A stretch of 64,000 nt of DNA from Phaeosaccion multiseriatum (taxonomy: Eukaryota; Protista; Ochrophyta, other classes). The notes beneath the pieces are model-generated. The model was given only the letters and a program-made list of their open reading frames with translations, had not been told where the DNA came from and did no database searches. Within the stretch, counting starts at the first letter, position 1. Each line of letters begins with the position of its first letter. This document shows, piece by piece, positions 21,177 through 33,600 of the stretch. Made by a program: the position numbers and the translations under genes. The stretch is taken from assembly GCA_965112735.1 (NCBI GenBank), contig OZ218964.1, positions 2,675,909-2,739,908 on the forward strand, in the 5' to 3' direction.

Positions 21177-23905
21177 CTACGGGTCATCAGGAAAGCCGCA
21201 CTTGACGTTCGCAGGCAGAGACGCGTCCATTTTCTTTGGGTATGGGAGGCCCAAGTCCGCCATGAGACTGACAAAGTCGGGCAGCGGCAGCCTTAGACGG
21301 GGGTTGTGAGTCTTTTCTTCCCCGATCGTCGACGCCGTTCGGCCTGGGAGGGGAGGGGACGGAGGGCAGGGGTGACCAAGAGGGGAGAAAGGATGGGCCC
21401 TAGTACTAAGGCAGGAAGCAACTCTTGGCCGGTGCCAATCCCTCTCTCTCTCTCTCTCTCTCTGCCGCCCGCCTCCTATCCTCAATCGAGCCTTCTGTGC
21501 CGCGGACGGAAAAGGCCCTAAGCGATCAGGCCACCGAATGCCTCCCTCCCTCCCTCCCTCCCTCCCTCCCTCCGTCCTTCCCTCCCTCCCATCCTCCCTC
21601 CCCCTCTGCTCACCGTTGTAGTCGTGTGCGGGGTAAACCTTGCATCCGTCGGGCAGTGCGAAGAGCTGCTCGTGCACAGAGCGGTAAAGGTCTTCAGCTG
21701 AGCCCCCCTGGAAATCCGTCCTCCCACAGCCCTGGATCAGCAGCGCGTCTGCACGGGAGCGGTGTACGCACAGTAAGAAGTGTCGAGCATCGGTAGTCAG
21801 GCGGTGAAGGTCAGGCCCTAACCTTAACCCTAACCTCAGGCCAAGCAGAGGGGCGTTGCCTTGTTGGACGGCGTTAGGAAAGGACAGTCAGGCTTAGGCA
21901 AGTCAAGGCTAGGCACTGCAGCGTGACACGCGCCGAGCCCAGTCCCTCGCCCAAGCACCAAGCGTTAACGCCCAAGCAATAAGCGTTAACCCAAGCACCA
22001 AGCGTAATGCCTAGGCACTAAGCGTTAACCCAAGCACCAAGCGTAACGCCCAAGCAATAAGCGTTAACCCAAGCACCAAGCGTAACGCCCAAGCAATAAC
22101 CCTAACACGAAGCGAAGTACGGCTCACGGCCCTAGGCCCCACGCACTAACCGCCCGTGAAGACCATTGAGTCATCGTCTGCAACGAAGGAGAGGCAGCCC
22201 GCCGTGTGGCCGGGGGTGGCCAGCGCTCTCAAACTCCTCCCTCCAAAGGTCACGCTGTCTCCTGCAGAGAGCTTCACATCTGCCGCCGCGCCGCTTGCCT
22301 TACGGACGAGAGGGGCAGCCCAAGGCCGTGTGCAACAGGGGGGAGAGGGGAGAGGGGGACGGGGGGGCAGAGTCGAGGTGAGGGAGAAAGCCTGCACACA
22401 CACACAGAGTGTAAGAGGTACGCAAGCCGCAGCAGGAGCGGCGTTGCATATATCAATGGCATTCATTCCCATGCCTTGGAAGGGACTCGGCTGCAGAGGA
22501 GAGGCCTTCAGATGCGTCAGTGTGAGGCTTCTGATGCTTTGGTTAGGACGGGAAGGGCACACCAAAGAAAGCATTTAGAGGCGTACAAACCGGCCGCGTT
22601 ACCTGAGAGATGACGCTCTGGCAGCCCGGGATGCCCTTCTTCAAGAGCCCCGTCCCTGTGATGTGATCAGCGTGCACTGGTTGGGAGGGGAGGAAGGAGC
22701 GTGTGACGTCATCAGCCCACATCGCGTCAGACCAAAGCGCACAAGCACACAGCAGTTGGTGATACAGCACAGCGAGGAAGAGCTGCCTTGCACTCACGGT
22801 GTGTGTTCATGGCGTACTTGAGATTCACGCCCATGTTCCTTAGGACCTACAGTCGGCGGAGCAGCGGAACAGAGGGCAGGGGCATGAGAGGAGGAGCGCT
22901 CTCCGTGAGGCGGCGGGCAGAGAGGTAGGAGTGCGGCGGGCACAGACAGAACCGCAGAGGGAGAGAAATCTCATCAAGGAATCGAGGGGAAGGTACAGGG
23001 AAGAGACACATAAACCGCAGCATCCGCAATCGGAGTGAGCGGTGGGCCTTAGATGCTCTGCTAACAGAGGCACCCACTACCCTAGGCTGCGGCTCACCTT
23101 CTCATCCCGGTCAGCGGTGACGTCAACAGGGTCGATAATGACGCCTTCCATGCTCTTCGGATCGCACACGATGTAGGTGTACGTGCTGCTCTCCTTCTCG
23201 AACAGCTGCGTCGAGGCCGGTAGGCAGCCAGGGGGGGAAGGGGGTTGCAGACAAGGGTTTTAATCAGCTTTGCTTGGACTTGACCCTTGTTGCCTGCCAT
23301 CATTATCGGCTCCGAACCAACCAGTGCAACAGCCAGCTCTACATCGGCTCCAAGCTTATCAGCAGCTAGAAGAAAGTAAACACATACCCAACCTTGGGTG
23401 CGCTTGGCAACGAGCTCTGCATCTTGTTGCCCCTCGCTCGGCTCATCGTCTCCCCCCTTCTACTCCCTTGCTTTCGCTCTCTCTCTCTCTGATACGAGAG
23501 GCCTACTGAGACCCCCCTCCTCTGTGCCTCCTCTAGACTTACCTGTCTGAACAGCAGCGGAGCGGGGGGCTGATCAGAAGGCAGCGCAGCCTCGGTGCCG
23601 GACTCCCCACTCATGACCGTCGTGCCCCCGTACGCACCCCCCACCCTTCTTCTTCGGCTGAGAGTGGGCACAAAGGCGCTTCCACTGAGCCTGTGTAGGG
23701 GGGAGAGAACCGAGAGGAAGGTGGAAGGCACGATAGAGAAGTGAGAAGGCCAAAGAGCTTGGCTTTTTTTTTTCCTTCTTCGGCCTTCCCCCCAAAGCTT
23801 CAAGTCAACTTCTTACGGTGATTTTTCTGCTGCTGCAGGGAGCGCTTGGAGGTGAAACAAGGCCAGCGATAGGTGGTGTGACAGATGGTACCGAGGAGAT
23901 ATCAT
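21177..23905 (-). CDS. ETHE1: ETHE1-type persulfide dioxygenase (metallo-beta-lactamase fold); 8 exons
   Basis: Exons: 23905-23817, 23690-23543, 23205-23098, 22846-22798, 22676-22603, 22298-22151, 21748-21614, 21343-21177. Motifs: [99 protein letters not shown]. Exon 1 is inferred from phase; an alternative start is the ATG at 23614. Confidence 0.92.
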
Positions 23906-24058
23906 ATACGTGCAGGGGGGGCTCTATGCGCTTATATAAATGCGATGAAGCTCACAGCCAGGTGAGAGAAAAATTGACAGAAGGAAAAAAAAAATGTTAC
24001 TTTTAGACAGCACGGATGGCACCAAAGGGTTTTACCTCCATCTTTGATATCCATCTTT

Positions 24059-26507
24059 GGGCACTTCCACAATCGCTGCTCTGCCCCAGCTTCCAAAGCT
24101 CGTAACTTTTGGCCAGAAAGGTGTACGAAGGTGTGTGATAGGTCAGAATCTGCGCAAGGATGCCCTCTACAAGAAGAGCTGTCGTCCGGTTCGCAGCACT
24201 GCCGAGAAACGAAGGGCGAGGGAGAAAAGGGGGGTTGGGAGAAATATTGAAAACACTAAAAGTAATATTTATGTCAATTAAAAGCACTAAAAGTAAAATT
24301 TCTGTAAAATTTATGTCAATTATATCATGACAGCAGTGTCTGGAGCGGCCGGGGGCGGGCTAGAGAGGACAGCAGGGGTGGTGGGAGGTGTTGGGGGTGC
24401 CGAAGGCTCTACAATGGGCGTCACAGGCTGCTCCGCGGGTGCTTCGCGGGACGCAAGGCGCGCCAACAGGAGCTGCACCAGCCCCTGCTTGAGGGTCCCT
24501 TTCGAGTACGTAATCCCTTCCCGTGCGCAGCAAGACTCCAACGTAGGCCGGTTCATCGCGACTACACTGGCCCGAGTGAGAAGCGGGCCCTTGTCTCCCA
24601 CTATAGACTGGTACAGGTGCACAAGCTTTGGCTCCCCCCCAAACAGGTCGCCTTGCCCATTCTTCGCGGCGAAGCAGTGCTTGTACTCGCCCTTGCTGCA
24701 GGGGGTGCAGCTACAGCTCATCGTGCGAACATGAAGTGGGTACGCAACATCATAGTCCTGGCCTTGATGGAACGCTCCAATCGTGGCCTCCGAAACGAAG
24801 CCACCCTTCTCCACATCGCCCTCGTAGTGGTATATACTCTGGGTGCCCTGGATGCCCTTGATGTTCACGTCCTCCCGCTGAATGCTGCCGGCGGCAATAA
24901 ACCTCACACGGGTCATCCGGGCTGTGAAAGGTGTCCAGCCCTTTCCAAAGTAGTCTTCGTCCGACATTGGCTGGGCGGTGGTGTCAAACATCTCAGTCAC
25001 GAAGGCGGCAAAGTCCTTCGCCGAGTTCATCACCCTCTCCCCCATGTCCGTCCTCCTCGATGCCATGGCCTTGATGGTACCCCCAAGCCCATCGTGGGGC
25101 CCCTTACCATGCGAGGTGGTGTGGAACATGTGCGTCATCTTCACCCCCCACAACTTGAGACAGGAGGCAACGAAGGCGAAGTTCTTTGCGCCCTTGTACT
25201 GCTTGGCGCACCCGTCAGTGACGTTGATCCACTCCTTCAGCTTGAGGCCGTGCTTTTCGAAGTATCCCTTGTACTCCTGATGCATGAGGCTGCAGCAGTG
25301 CTCATGGAAGGCTTGGTCTTGAAGGGAGTCGTCGGAGATGAAAATCTGAGCGTGCACGTCATGGACGGGCTTCTCCCCCCCCCACATCCTGGGGTTGCAG
25401 TGCACGTAGCAAATCATGAGCGTCGCGGACGGACATGTGCCGCAGGTCACAGAGAACGCGCCTGATGAAAGGGAGAGCAGGAGAGAAACACACGAATACA
25501 TTAGGAAGGAAAAGGAGGGAGAGGAGGGAGGAAGGGTGGGGGGAGGACGGGAGGGGAGAGAAGTGGGCGCCCCTCTTGCTCTGACGTACCGCGGAGCTTA
25601 TGCTTCTCCGAAAAGTCGGCCGAGCCTGCCGGGCCTGCTCGTTGCAACGCCACCTCCGAGTGCCCGTCAGCCGAAGGATAGTGTGCAGGGCCTTGACGAC
25701 TGCCCCTCTTGCTGCTTCGACCGAGGCGGGCGCAAAGCCAATACGTCTTGCCAGAGATCCGTCGTTCTTCGAAAGCGCCTTCTCCACATCGGCCTCCTTC
25801 ACACGAGCCACGCGACCGTCCACTGCTGGAAGCTCAACCTCATCTTCCTCCTTCCCCCAATCGCCATCTCGGAGCTTCCTCTTCTTCGCTGGGGGCTCTG
25901 ATACACCCTCGGGAATGAAATACTTGGACCCCTTCACCAGCGAAGCCCACCGATGCTGTATCTCGCTCCTCTTTGCCGGCGGCGTCTTGGTGTTGGCCTG
26001 TTCCATTCGTCCCGCAAGAAGTTTATAGCCTCCGTCTCCTGGACGTGCTCCTTAGAGCACATGCTGCGATAGTGCTTCTGCTCCTTCCTGGCTCCACTGG
26101 GTGCGACAGTCAGTGTCACGCTTGTCTTCTTGCCGCAGGGCGTTTCTGCATGCTTGAAAGTACATCGATCCAGGTACCGGAAGTGGTGAGGACGCTCCGG
26201 AGTGGCCATTTCAATTTTCGCTTGGAGGGCGTTTTTACAGCTGAAGATGATCAGTAGGAGAAAGGTCACAGAGAGCATTCTTAAAGCCCTAAGCACGCTG
26301 CATCCAGTGATGTGCTGGCAGTGCGCTATCGACGCTGTCCTCCCTGTTTTCTCATCCAGATTTCCCACTTCCCCGCCATGGATTTGAATTTGCAGATCAT
26401 GACCGTGACCGGCATACCCCTAAACATAGGGGTAGCCGCGAGCTTGTAACGTAAATCGCATCGAAACCGGTGTAGATCCGAAAATCGATGCGATTGTGGA
26501 AGTGGCC
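24059..26507 (-). mobile_element. Sola2-like DNA transposon, 2,449 bp, degenerate/internally deleted
   Basis: Left TIR gggcacttccacaatcgc (24059-24076). Right TIR gcgattgtggaagtggcc (26490-26507; 17/18 reverse-complement match). A 4-bp duplication CTTT lies at 24055-24058 and 26508-26511. The element encloses a DDD transposase remnant. Confidence 0.85.
24320..26379 (-). pseudogene. Intron-containing Sola2-type DDD transposase with a C-terminal Cys cluster and SAP-like domain; frameshifted N-terminal half
   Basis: ADFSEKHKLR (Asp codon 25617-25615) splices over intron 25589-25462 into the 24320-25461 exon. That exon contains FISDD, VTDGCAKQYKG and TTSHGKGPHDGLGGTIK, then CSCTPC..Y..C and MNRPTLESCCAREGITYSKGTLKQGLVQLLLARL. 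Upstream segments lie in different frames. Confidence 0.75.
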
Positions 26508-26525
26508 CTTTTCCACTTTTCTTTT

Positions 26526-27014
26526 TCAGGCGGTCGTCGTACTGCTTCTGCGAAATGCTAAAGCCCTCCATCGTTGTACTCGTTGCGCCCCCAGTGACAT
26601 TGTCGAAAAGGGTCGGAAACTGACTTTAAATTCAACCCTGTACCTGACGTCACCATCAGGAGGGGCAGCGTCGGTGTTGTTGTCACTCTCGATCTCCACA
26701 AGACCAAAGTACCGGCATTTGGGCTTTGGCGGCTTGATGAGCTTAGGGTTAGGGTTAGGGTTAGTAAGGGTTAGGGTTTTAGGCACCCCCCATCAAGTTC
26801 AGTTCTATGGCCCTGCAACATGTGAAAGCCTAGCAAATTGAAACTCTTGTTCCTTACGTAAGGGCCAGGAGGGTCTTACATAAGGGTGTTTGCAAGCCCA
26901 AGTGGACCCTCCCCCCACAGTGCCTTCATGGTTGATTTGAGCAGTTTTTCTTCGCGTCGCGGGTAGCGGTCGACAAGGGGAGTGCAATAAGACCATCAAG
27001 GTCTTTAGGAACAT
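26526..27014 (-). CDS. Possible small two-exon gene of unknown function just outside the transposon
   Basis: ATG at 27014; exon 27014-26880 (phase 0, donor gtaaga); acceptor ccctaag| at 26742; in-frame exon LIKPPKPKCRYFGLVEIESDNN...YRVEFK... to a stop at 26526. No recognisable domain. Confidence 0.25.
26743..26779. repeat. Short interstitial telomeric repeat
   Basis: ttagggttagggttagggttagtaagggttagggttt. Confidence 0.9.
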
Positions 27015-27683
27015 TAATCGCCCCTTAGGTGTCTGTTAGGTCAGGGATTGCTCTTACCCCCTCTTCCCCTCCTCGTCCTCTCTAGCACTCCCCCCCCCCC
27101 CCACCTATCACTCGTCACTCTGCACTGGCCCCACCCCTGGGATCTCTCCCCGTACTATAAACTGAGACATCCCCCCCTTGGGATCTGTCCGCCAACTAAC
27201 ACTTCAAACTAACACTTCAATCGCCCCGGGGGGGGTCCCTGAGGGGGGTCTGGGTCTGCTCCCCTCTTCTTCTCCTTGCTTCTCTCCTGCCTGCCTGCCT
27301 GCCTGCCTGACTCGCGCGGCCCTTAATAAGAAAAGGCCATCGGCCTGCTGAAGCTGATACACTCAGCCCAGCACTCAGCCCAGCACTCAGCCCAGCACTC
27401 AGCCCAGCACTCAGCCCAGCACTCAGCCCAGTCAGTCGAGCAAGCAAGTGCAAGCTGTGGAGGATTGCATCGCCATCTAGCTACCGCCACTGCAGTGCCG
27501 CCAAGAGGATGGCAGAGGATGGCAGCGGATGGCAGAGGATGGCAGAGGACGGCAGAGGGCGGCAGACAATGGTCGCCCTCAGCTCACTCCGCGGAGCCGC
27601 GGCGTGATCCACCCCTCCCCTCCACTCTCTCCTGTTCGCTTCTCCTACTCTGCTGCGCTACTTGCGCGGGCCTGCAGGCCTAT

Positions 27684-30600
27684 CTATACGCCCCCAAATG
27701 CCCAGGCACACACGAGCACAGCGAGTGCCGTGGTGAGGGTGTGCGGCAGTGCTGTCGAGGCGGAAGCAGCGCTGTCGTCGTCGTCCCTCACGTCGTCGTC
27801 GTCGTCGTCGGGGTTGAGGATGGGATTGGGGTTGGCGCCTGGGGGAGGAGGGAGGGGGGGAGGGGGTCAAGGGTGAGGAGAGTTAAAAGACAGTGATGAC
27901 AGGGATGTGGAGGAGATGGAAGCCCCTCGGGCTGCCAGCAATAAACCCGATGGAGAGGGACGCGGAGTGCCCGCAAAGCCTTCTGGAGGGCGTGCCCCCA
28001 TCCCGTGCGTGTCCTTACCTCCGAAGGTGCAGGTTCGGTCCTGACAGTCCCAATACGCAGAGTAAGAGGGGGGGCTGGAGCCGCACGTATACGAGGCATA
28101 CGTCACGGGTTCACAGCAGTGGCGGCAGCAGTCGCCCATCTCGTAGCCGCACGCCTCTGTGTTGTATACACCTCCGTCGCAGTATCCGTCTCCGATGAAT
28201 GTGGGGTACGTCACGGAGCAGTCCTCCCTGTGAGCGCACGCGTGTTGAGAGGAAGAGAGGGGAGGGGAGAGAGGCTGTCAGAAGAGAGGGAAGCTTTAGA
28301 GCTTGGGCATGCAGGGCGACGCTTAGAAGTGCGCTGTCCACCACCCTGGTCATTCTTCCACTGCCATCCACCGCCATTCTGCGGGGCACACACCCCAGCC
28401 ACACAGCGGCCCCAGTCAGCCACTCATCCACCGCTCGGCACTCACCACTCGGGGTCCTTGCAGTCGTAGCTGAGGGACAGGGCGGGGAAGGAGAGCCATA
28501 GGAGAGACGTCAGAGCGGCGCTCGGCGGACTAAGCAATTGATTGACTGACTGAGCAAGTGACTGACTGACTGACTGACTGACTGACTGCTTCATGACTGA
28601 CTGAGTGACTGACACACTGACTGACACACTGACTGACTGATCGACTGACTGACTGGATGACTGCTTGAATGTTCTGGCTGACGGACTGACTGACTGACTG
28701 AATCAAGCCGAAATGACTGAGTGGCTCACCCTGAGTAACCACAGAGCTCCGTGGAAATCGTGCAAGTCTGTAGCCGAGCAGAGAAGGGCAGAAAGGGCAG
28801 AAAAGGGGACAGACGCGGGAAGAGGTGAGAGGCACCTTCGAGCCATCAGCATCGCTGTGCTCTGTCTATCGGGCCCCGGAAAGCCCATTTGTGTCGAAGC
28901 ACTTGCGCTGAGCCCTTCCTTGCCACCCTTGACGGCCCACTACTCGACTGAATGAATCAAGCTGTCTGGAAGGAAAGAGGCGCCCCCAATACTCGACTGT
29001 GCTGTCCGCCACAGAACCCTTCCCCTCCCCTCCCCCCCCCCAGCCCCCTCGGGTTAGGGTTAACCCTAAGCCCCCCGTCTGTCCCCTGACACTCACCTGC
29101 GGGCAGCAGTCTCCTCCGTCCTGCGAGCGAGCGAAGGGTGCGCGTGTGCGTGAGGGCAAAGAAAGGGACGACACGAGAGTGAGAGGGAGGGGGTGTCTGA
29201 GGAGGTGCCGCCGATGAGCAACACGGAAAAGGGCATGCCCAGAAGGACTCGGCGCCCCTCCTCACTCAAGCACGCACTTCCTTACTTACCCAGAGGCAGC
29301 CCTCCGTGTTGTAATCGCCCCCCTGGCAGATGCCGTCCCCGACTAAACACAAGTTGGTGGCGTTGCAGGCGTCGAGCTGGCCCGTGACCAACAGACACGT
29401 GGAGCCGTTGAGGTACTCATTCACCGCCTCCGTGACGTTGAAACTGTGGTGTCAGGCGGAGGGCACAGAGCAAAGGACAGGAGATGAGAGGGCGACGAAG
29501 CTGCACGAGCTTCCCCCTCTTGCTCTCGAGGCTGCAAGCCCTTCGGTAGCGCACTTGGGGGCGACAATTGTGTTTGCTCGGGGCGGCTCTGCTCTGCTTT
29601 GCTTCTCTGTGTACTCACTCCTCGAAGCAAGTGAAGTTGCCGCTCTCGGAGGCGTTGTAGTAGAAGAACTCTCCTGGCCCTGACGCAGCAAGGGCGAAGG
29701 TCTGTGTGTCGTTCTCGGGCAGCTCGGAGGAGCGCACAGCGACGGTGTAATTGCCAGCCACTGAGGGGCAGCAGAGGGGGGGATGGTGAGGTGTGAGGTG
29801 GGCGGGGGACGGTTTGGACATCTAAAGAGAGTCGCCAGTTGGAACGATACGCAGAGGGTACGCACAGCCGGCTAGTTTCAGTGTGAGTTTCAGCTTCGTG
29901 CAATGGGATGGTCAAGAGGCCGTAATCCTCTCTCCACTCGGGACGTACCGGGCTCCTCCACGATGATCTTCTCCACGCTGCGAGATACACACATGAGCAC
30001 CAAAGGGGTAAGCAAAGCAGGGAGGGGGAGGAGAGGAGGAAGGGAAGGAAAAAGGTAAGAGCACGGAAGAGGGCAGCAGACACCGGCACGAGCAACAGAG
30101 TGGCAGATGGCAGCAGAGTGGCAGATGGCAGCAGAGGACAGGGGCTTAGCGTCGCTTCGCTTCGCTTAGCTTCAGGGGAAGAGGAGGGCTGCCCTTTCTC
30201 AAACGGCCCCAGGGGGGTTCTGAACAGTGACTCGGTATGCACGCACGCACGTACGCACGCACGTTTGCACCCATCGACGCACCTGTCCCAGAAGTCCAGG
30301 CCCTCTCTCCCATTGGAGTACGTGAAGTTGCACCCGTCCGGGCCCACGAGCAGCAGGTCCAAGTCGTGCATCAGCGGCTCAGTAGAGTAGTATGAGCACG
30401 TGGGGTCCGTCCACGTCAGCGTCAGCACCAAAGGCACACCGAGAGCCAAACCGGCGTCGGAGGCGCGGAAGGTCAGGAGCATCTGCGGGGGTGGGTGTTA
30501 CCGTGGGGCAGAGGGGGGAGGGGGGAGAGGACAGGGACATTGATTACGTAAGGGTGCCTATGCTTGAACGGAGGGCGGTGCAAGCGAAGCTCTGGGAAGG

Positions 30601-33600
30601 GGAGAGCGTTTCACTTTTCATCGACTCCTCGGATCTCGCCGTCGACTTCAGCCTCGATGAATCTTACCTCGCTGTCCGGGCCGATGCTGCTGTCCATGGC
30701 AAGCAGGGAGAAGGCATCGGAGCCGAGGGGAATCGTGTCGTTAAGAGTCACGCGGCCGTGACCCTCGAACACATTGGGGCCTGCAGCAGTTGGTGATACG
30801 GTGGGGTGGCAACGGGCGAGGGGAGATAGGAGAAGGGAGAGGGGAGAGGGGAGACGAATCGAGTGAGATACGGTCCTGCTTTTGCTCAAGCTGAGCTGCC
30901 AAGCAAGAGGCAAGCAAGAGAAGGCCAGCAAGAGCTAAGCCAGATGGGGAGCAGGGGAGGCTTGCTCTCGTGTGTCGCTCTCGTGTGTCGCCTTGTGTTT
31001 GTCCCCATGTCCCGGCTCTGTACCCGCTAATCCTCTCCGCTCCTCGAGACAAGTGAGGTGAGGGCGGTGAGGAGGACGTGCTCTGCGCTGCTCCGCTCCT
31101 CTGGGGCCCGTCCACTGCCATCCCCACGTCACGCACCGTCAGTGGCGTAGGGCTCCTCCTCATCGTCATCCATCGGTCCCTCATACACGTGCCGACCGCT
31201 GTTGATCAACGTCGCTGTGCGGAAACGGAGAGAGAAAGAGAGGAGACAGAGAGAGAGAGGAGAGGAGCGTCAGCAAGGGATGGCCCGACCTCCCTCTACA
31301 GGGGAGACGCACAGGGGAAAAGGGGGAGATACAAGGCAACCAGCGGCCACGCCTCAGGGCCAGCCGGCACACACTCTCTCTCACTTAGCGGCCACCGCCG
31401 ATATGCCTCTATCCCGACTCCTCCACTCACCCTTGATTAGCGCTGCGGAGGGCTCGAAGGCTTCGCAGGCGTAGGGCGTGTCTGTCACCTCCGCGGCGTC
31501 GCAAAGGGCCTGTGTGGAGGGGGCACCTTGGAGGTCGTCGGCGTGGAAGCCGTCAGTGAAGTATTGGCGCACCAGGGCAGCAGCACCCGACACCGCAGGG
31601 CACGCCTACCGGGGGAAGGACAGAGCAGAGCGAGGTAAGAGGGGGTGTAGAGGGGTTGGACAGAGAAGGGTGGGTGAGGGGCCTGCCCTGGACAGAGAAG
31701 GGGGGGTGAGGGGCCTGCCCTGGCTCGACAGAGGGTATGGAGAGCAAGAGAAGGGGCGTGGTACTCTCAACTAGCACTGTCTGTATGACCAACTGCTGCA
31801 CTCACCATGCTGGTGCCGGCCTTGTCGTGCACCTCGCAGGAGCGCTCTGGATTGGACCCCGAGCCCGAGGCCGAGAGCGTGTAATAGCCGGGGGCCACCA
31901 CGTCAGGCTTCACCCTGCATGTGGAGCACGGAAGGGGATGGCAGTGGGTGGCGGTGGATGGCAGGGGATGGCAGTGAATGGCACAGAGCACAAGGCGGGG
32001 CAGTGAGTCACTCGAATGGCCTGCACCCGAAGAACCAAAGCAAAGCTCTGATACAAATTATTTGACACGCGGTACCAACGCTGGAAACAGCAGCTTTCGT
32101 CCTTCGCTTCCCTCTCCCTCTTTTTCTCTCCCTCCCTCCCTCCCTCCCTCCCTCCCTCCCTCCCTCCCTCCCTCCCTCCCTCCCTCCCTCCCTCCCTCCC
32201 TCCCTCCCTCCCTCCCTCCCTCCCTCCCTCCCTCCCTCCCTCCCTCCCTCCCTCCCTCCCTCCCTCCCTCCCTCCCTCCCTCCCTCCCTCCCTCCCTCCC
32301 TCCCTCCCTCCCTCCCTCCCTCCCTCCCTCCCTCCCTCCCTCCCTCCCTCCCTCCCTCCCTCCCTCCCTCCCTCCCTCCCTCCCTCCCTCCCTCCCTCCC
32401 TCCCTCCCTCCCTCCCTCCCTCCCTCCCTCCCTCCCTCCCTCCCTCTCTCCCTCCCTCACCCCCCCCGTCCCTTCCTCTCCATGCCCGAGCACCACTGCG
32501 TTTCGCCTCACGCACGGCCCCTACTCTTCCCAGCCCTACTCTTCCCTCCCTACCTGCCGTCGTAAGTCCAGCCCCTGTGGACAAAGCGAGAAAGAGAAAG
32601 AGAGAGAGAGAGAGGAAGAGAGAGGGATTTATGGGGCGCGAAGTAGGTCGGATGCGTGAGCGATGTGCCTTGCCCAAGACACGTGGGTGCCTGTGCAGCA
32701 AGAAGGACCTCCGCTGGGGCTCCGCTGGGGTCAGTCAGGGAGGGCGATGTCCCTCTCGGGTTTAGAGCGCTCGACTTGGGCTTCTCGTCTGTGCCGGCCC
32801 CCGGACCCTTCTTGCCGCTGGCCCCAAGTACTGACCCCAACCCTAACCCTAACCCAAGTACAGACCTGGAGGAGAAGCTGGCCACCTCGTCGATGTTGTC
32901 CTGAGCGCGGCTCAAACCTCCCTCTGTGGCTCCCACCGTGAGCAAGTTCTTGGAGTGGCCCGGCCACGTCACCGTACACTCGTCCTGGTCCTCTGCGCAC
33001 GCACATACACAAACACACACCCGCGCACGCACGCAGAGAACACACATACACGGGAGGGAGGGGTGCCGTTACGGACCTTCTCGTCGGACGGACGGGCATC
33101 AGGGTAGGAGAGGGGAGGGGAGGGGAGGGGAGGGAGGAGCGGAGAGGAAAGGGGAGGAGGAGAGGAGGCGGACGCAAAGGGAAGGAAAGGGCGCTGCGCC
33201 TGGGATAGACACAACGGATTCCGCTGCGCGTCCCCATGTCCTCGTACCCCCTGCGCCAAACTTGCGCACGTCAACGGCACATGTCCTGTCCGGCCCTACA
33301 GAACACGCTCGCCGAACAGCTCACCTCCGCTGTTCCCCGCCGAGAAGATGAGGAGCATGTCCGGATTGTCGTACACAAGCTCATCGAAGGCCACGCCCAA
33401 GGCCCCGTAGTAAGACGTACAGTACACATCGTAGGACCAGGAGTTGCTGCTTGCAAGGAGGCACGGGGCACAGGGGGGAGGGGAGGGGTGTGAGGCTGGG
33501 CTGTGAGGCTGGGCAGCGAGGGAGCGCAGGGGGGGCTTTGCGGGTACTAGCTGTCAGGGCAAGCTCAGGACACCATCCACTGCTCCGTCCCTCCGGTACT

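Noticed and set aside
11724-24009. Shared 13-mer ttacttttagaca upstream of the kinase and ETHE1
   Set aside because: It is a single pair with opposite orientation relative to the two genes. Several chance 13-mer pairs are expected in 45 kb.
26743-26779. Interstitial telomere as the scar of a former chromosome end
   Set aside because: Only ~5 units are present, similar tracts occur in many introns here, and this one fits an intron 3' end. It is not excluded but is unsupported.
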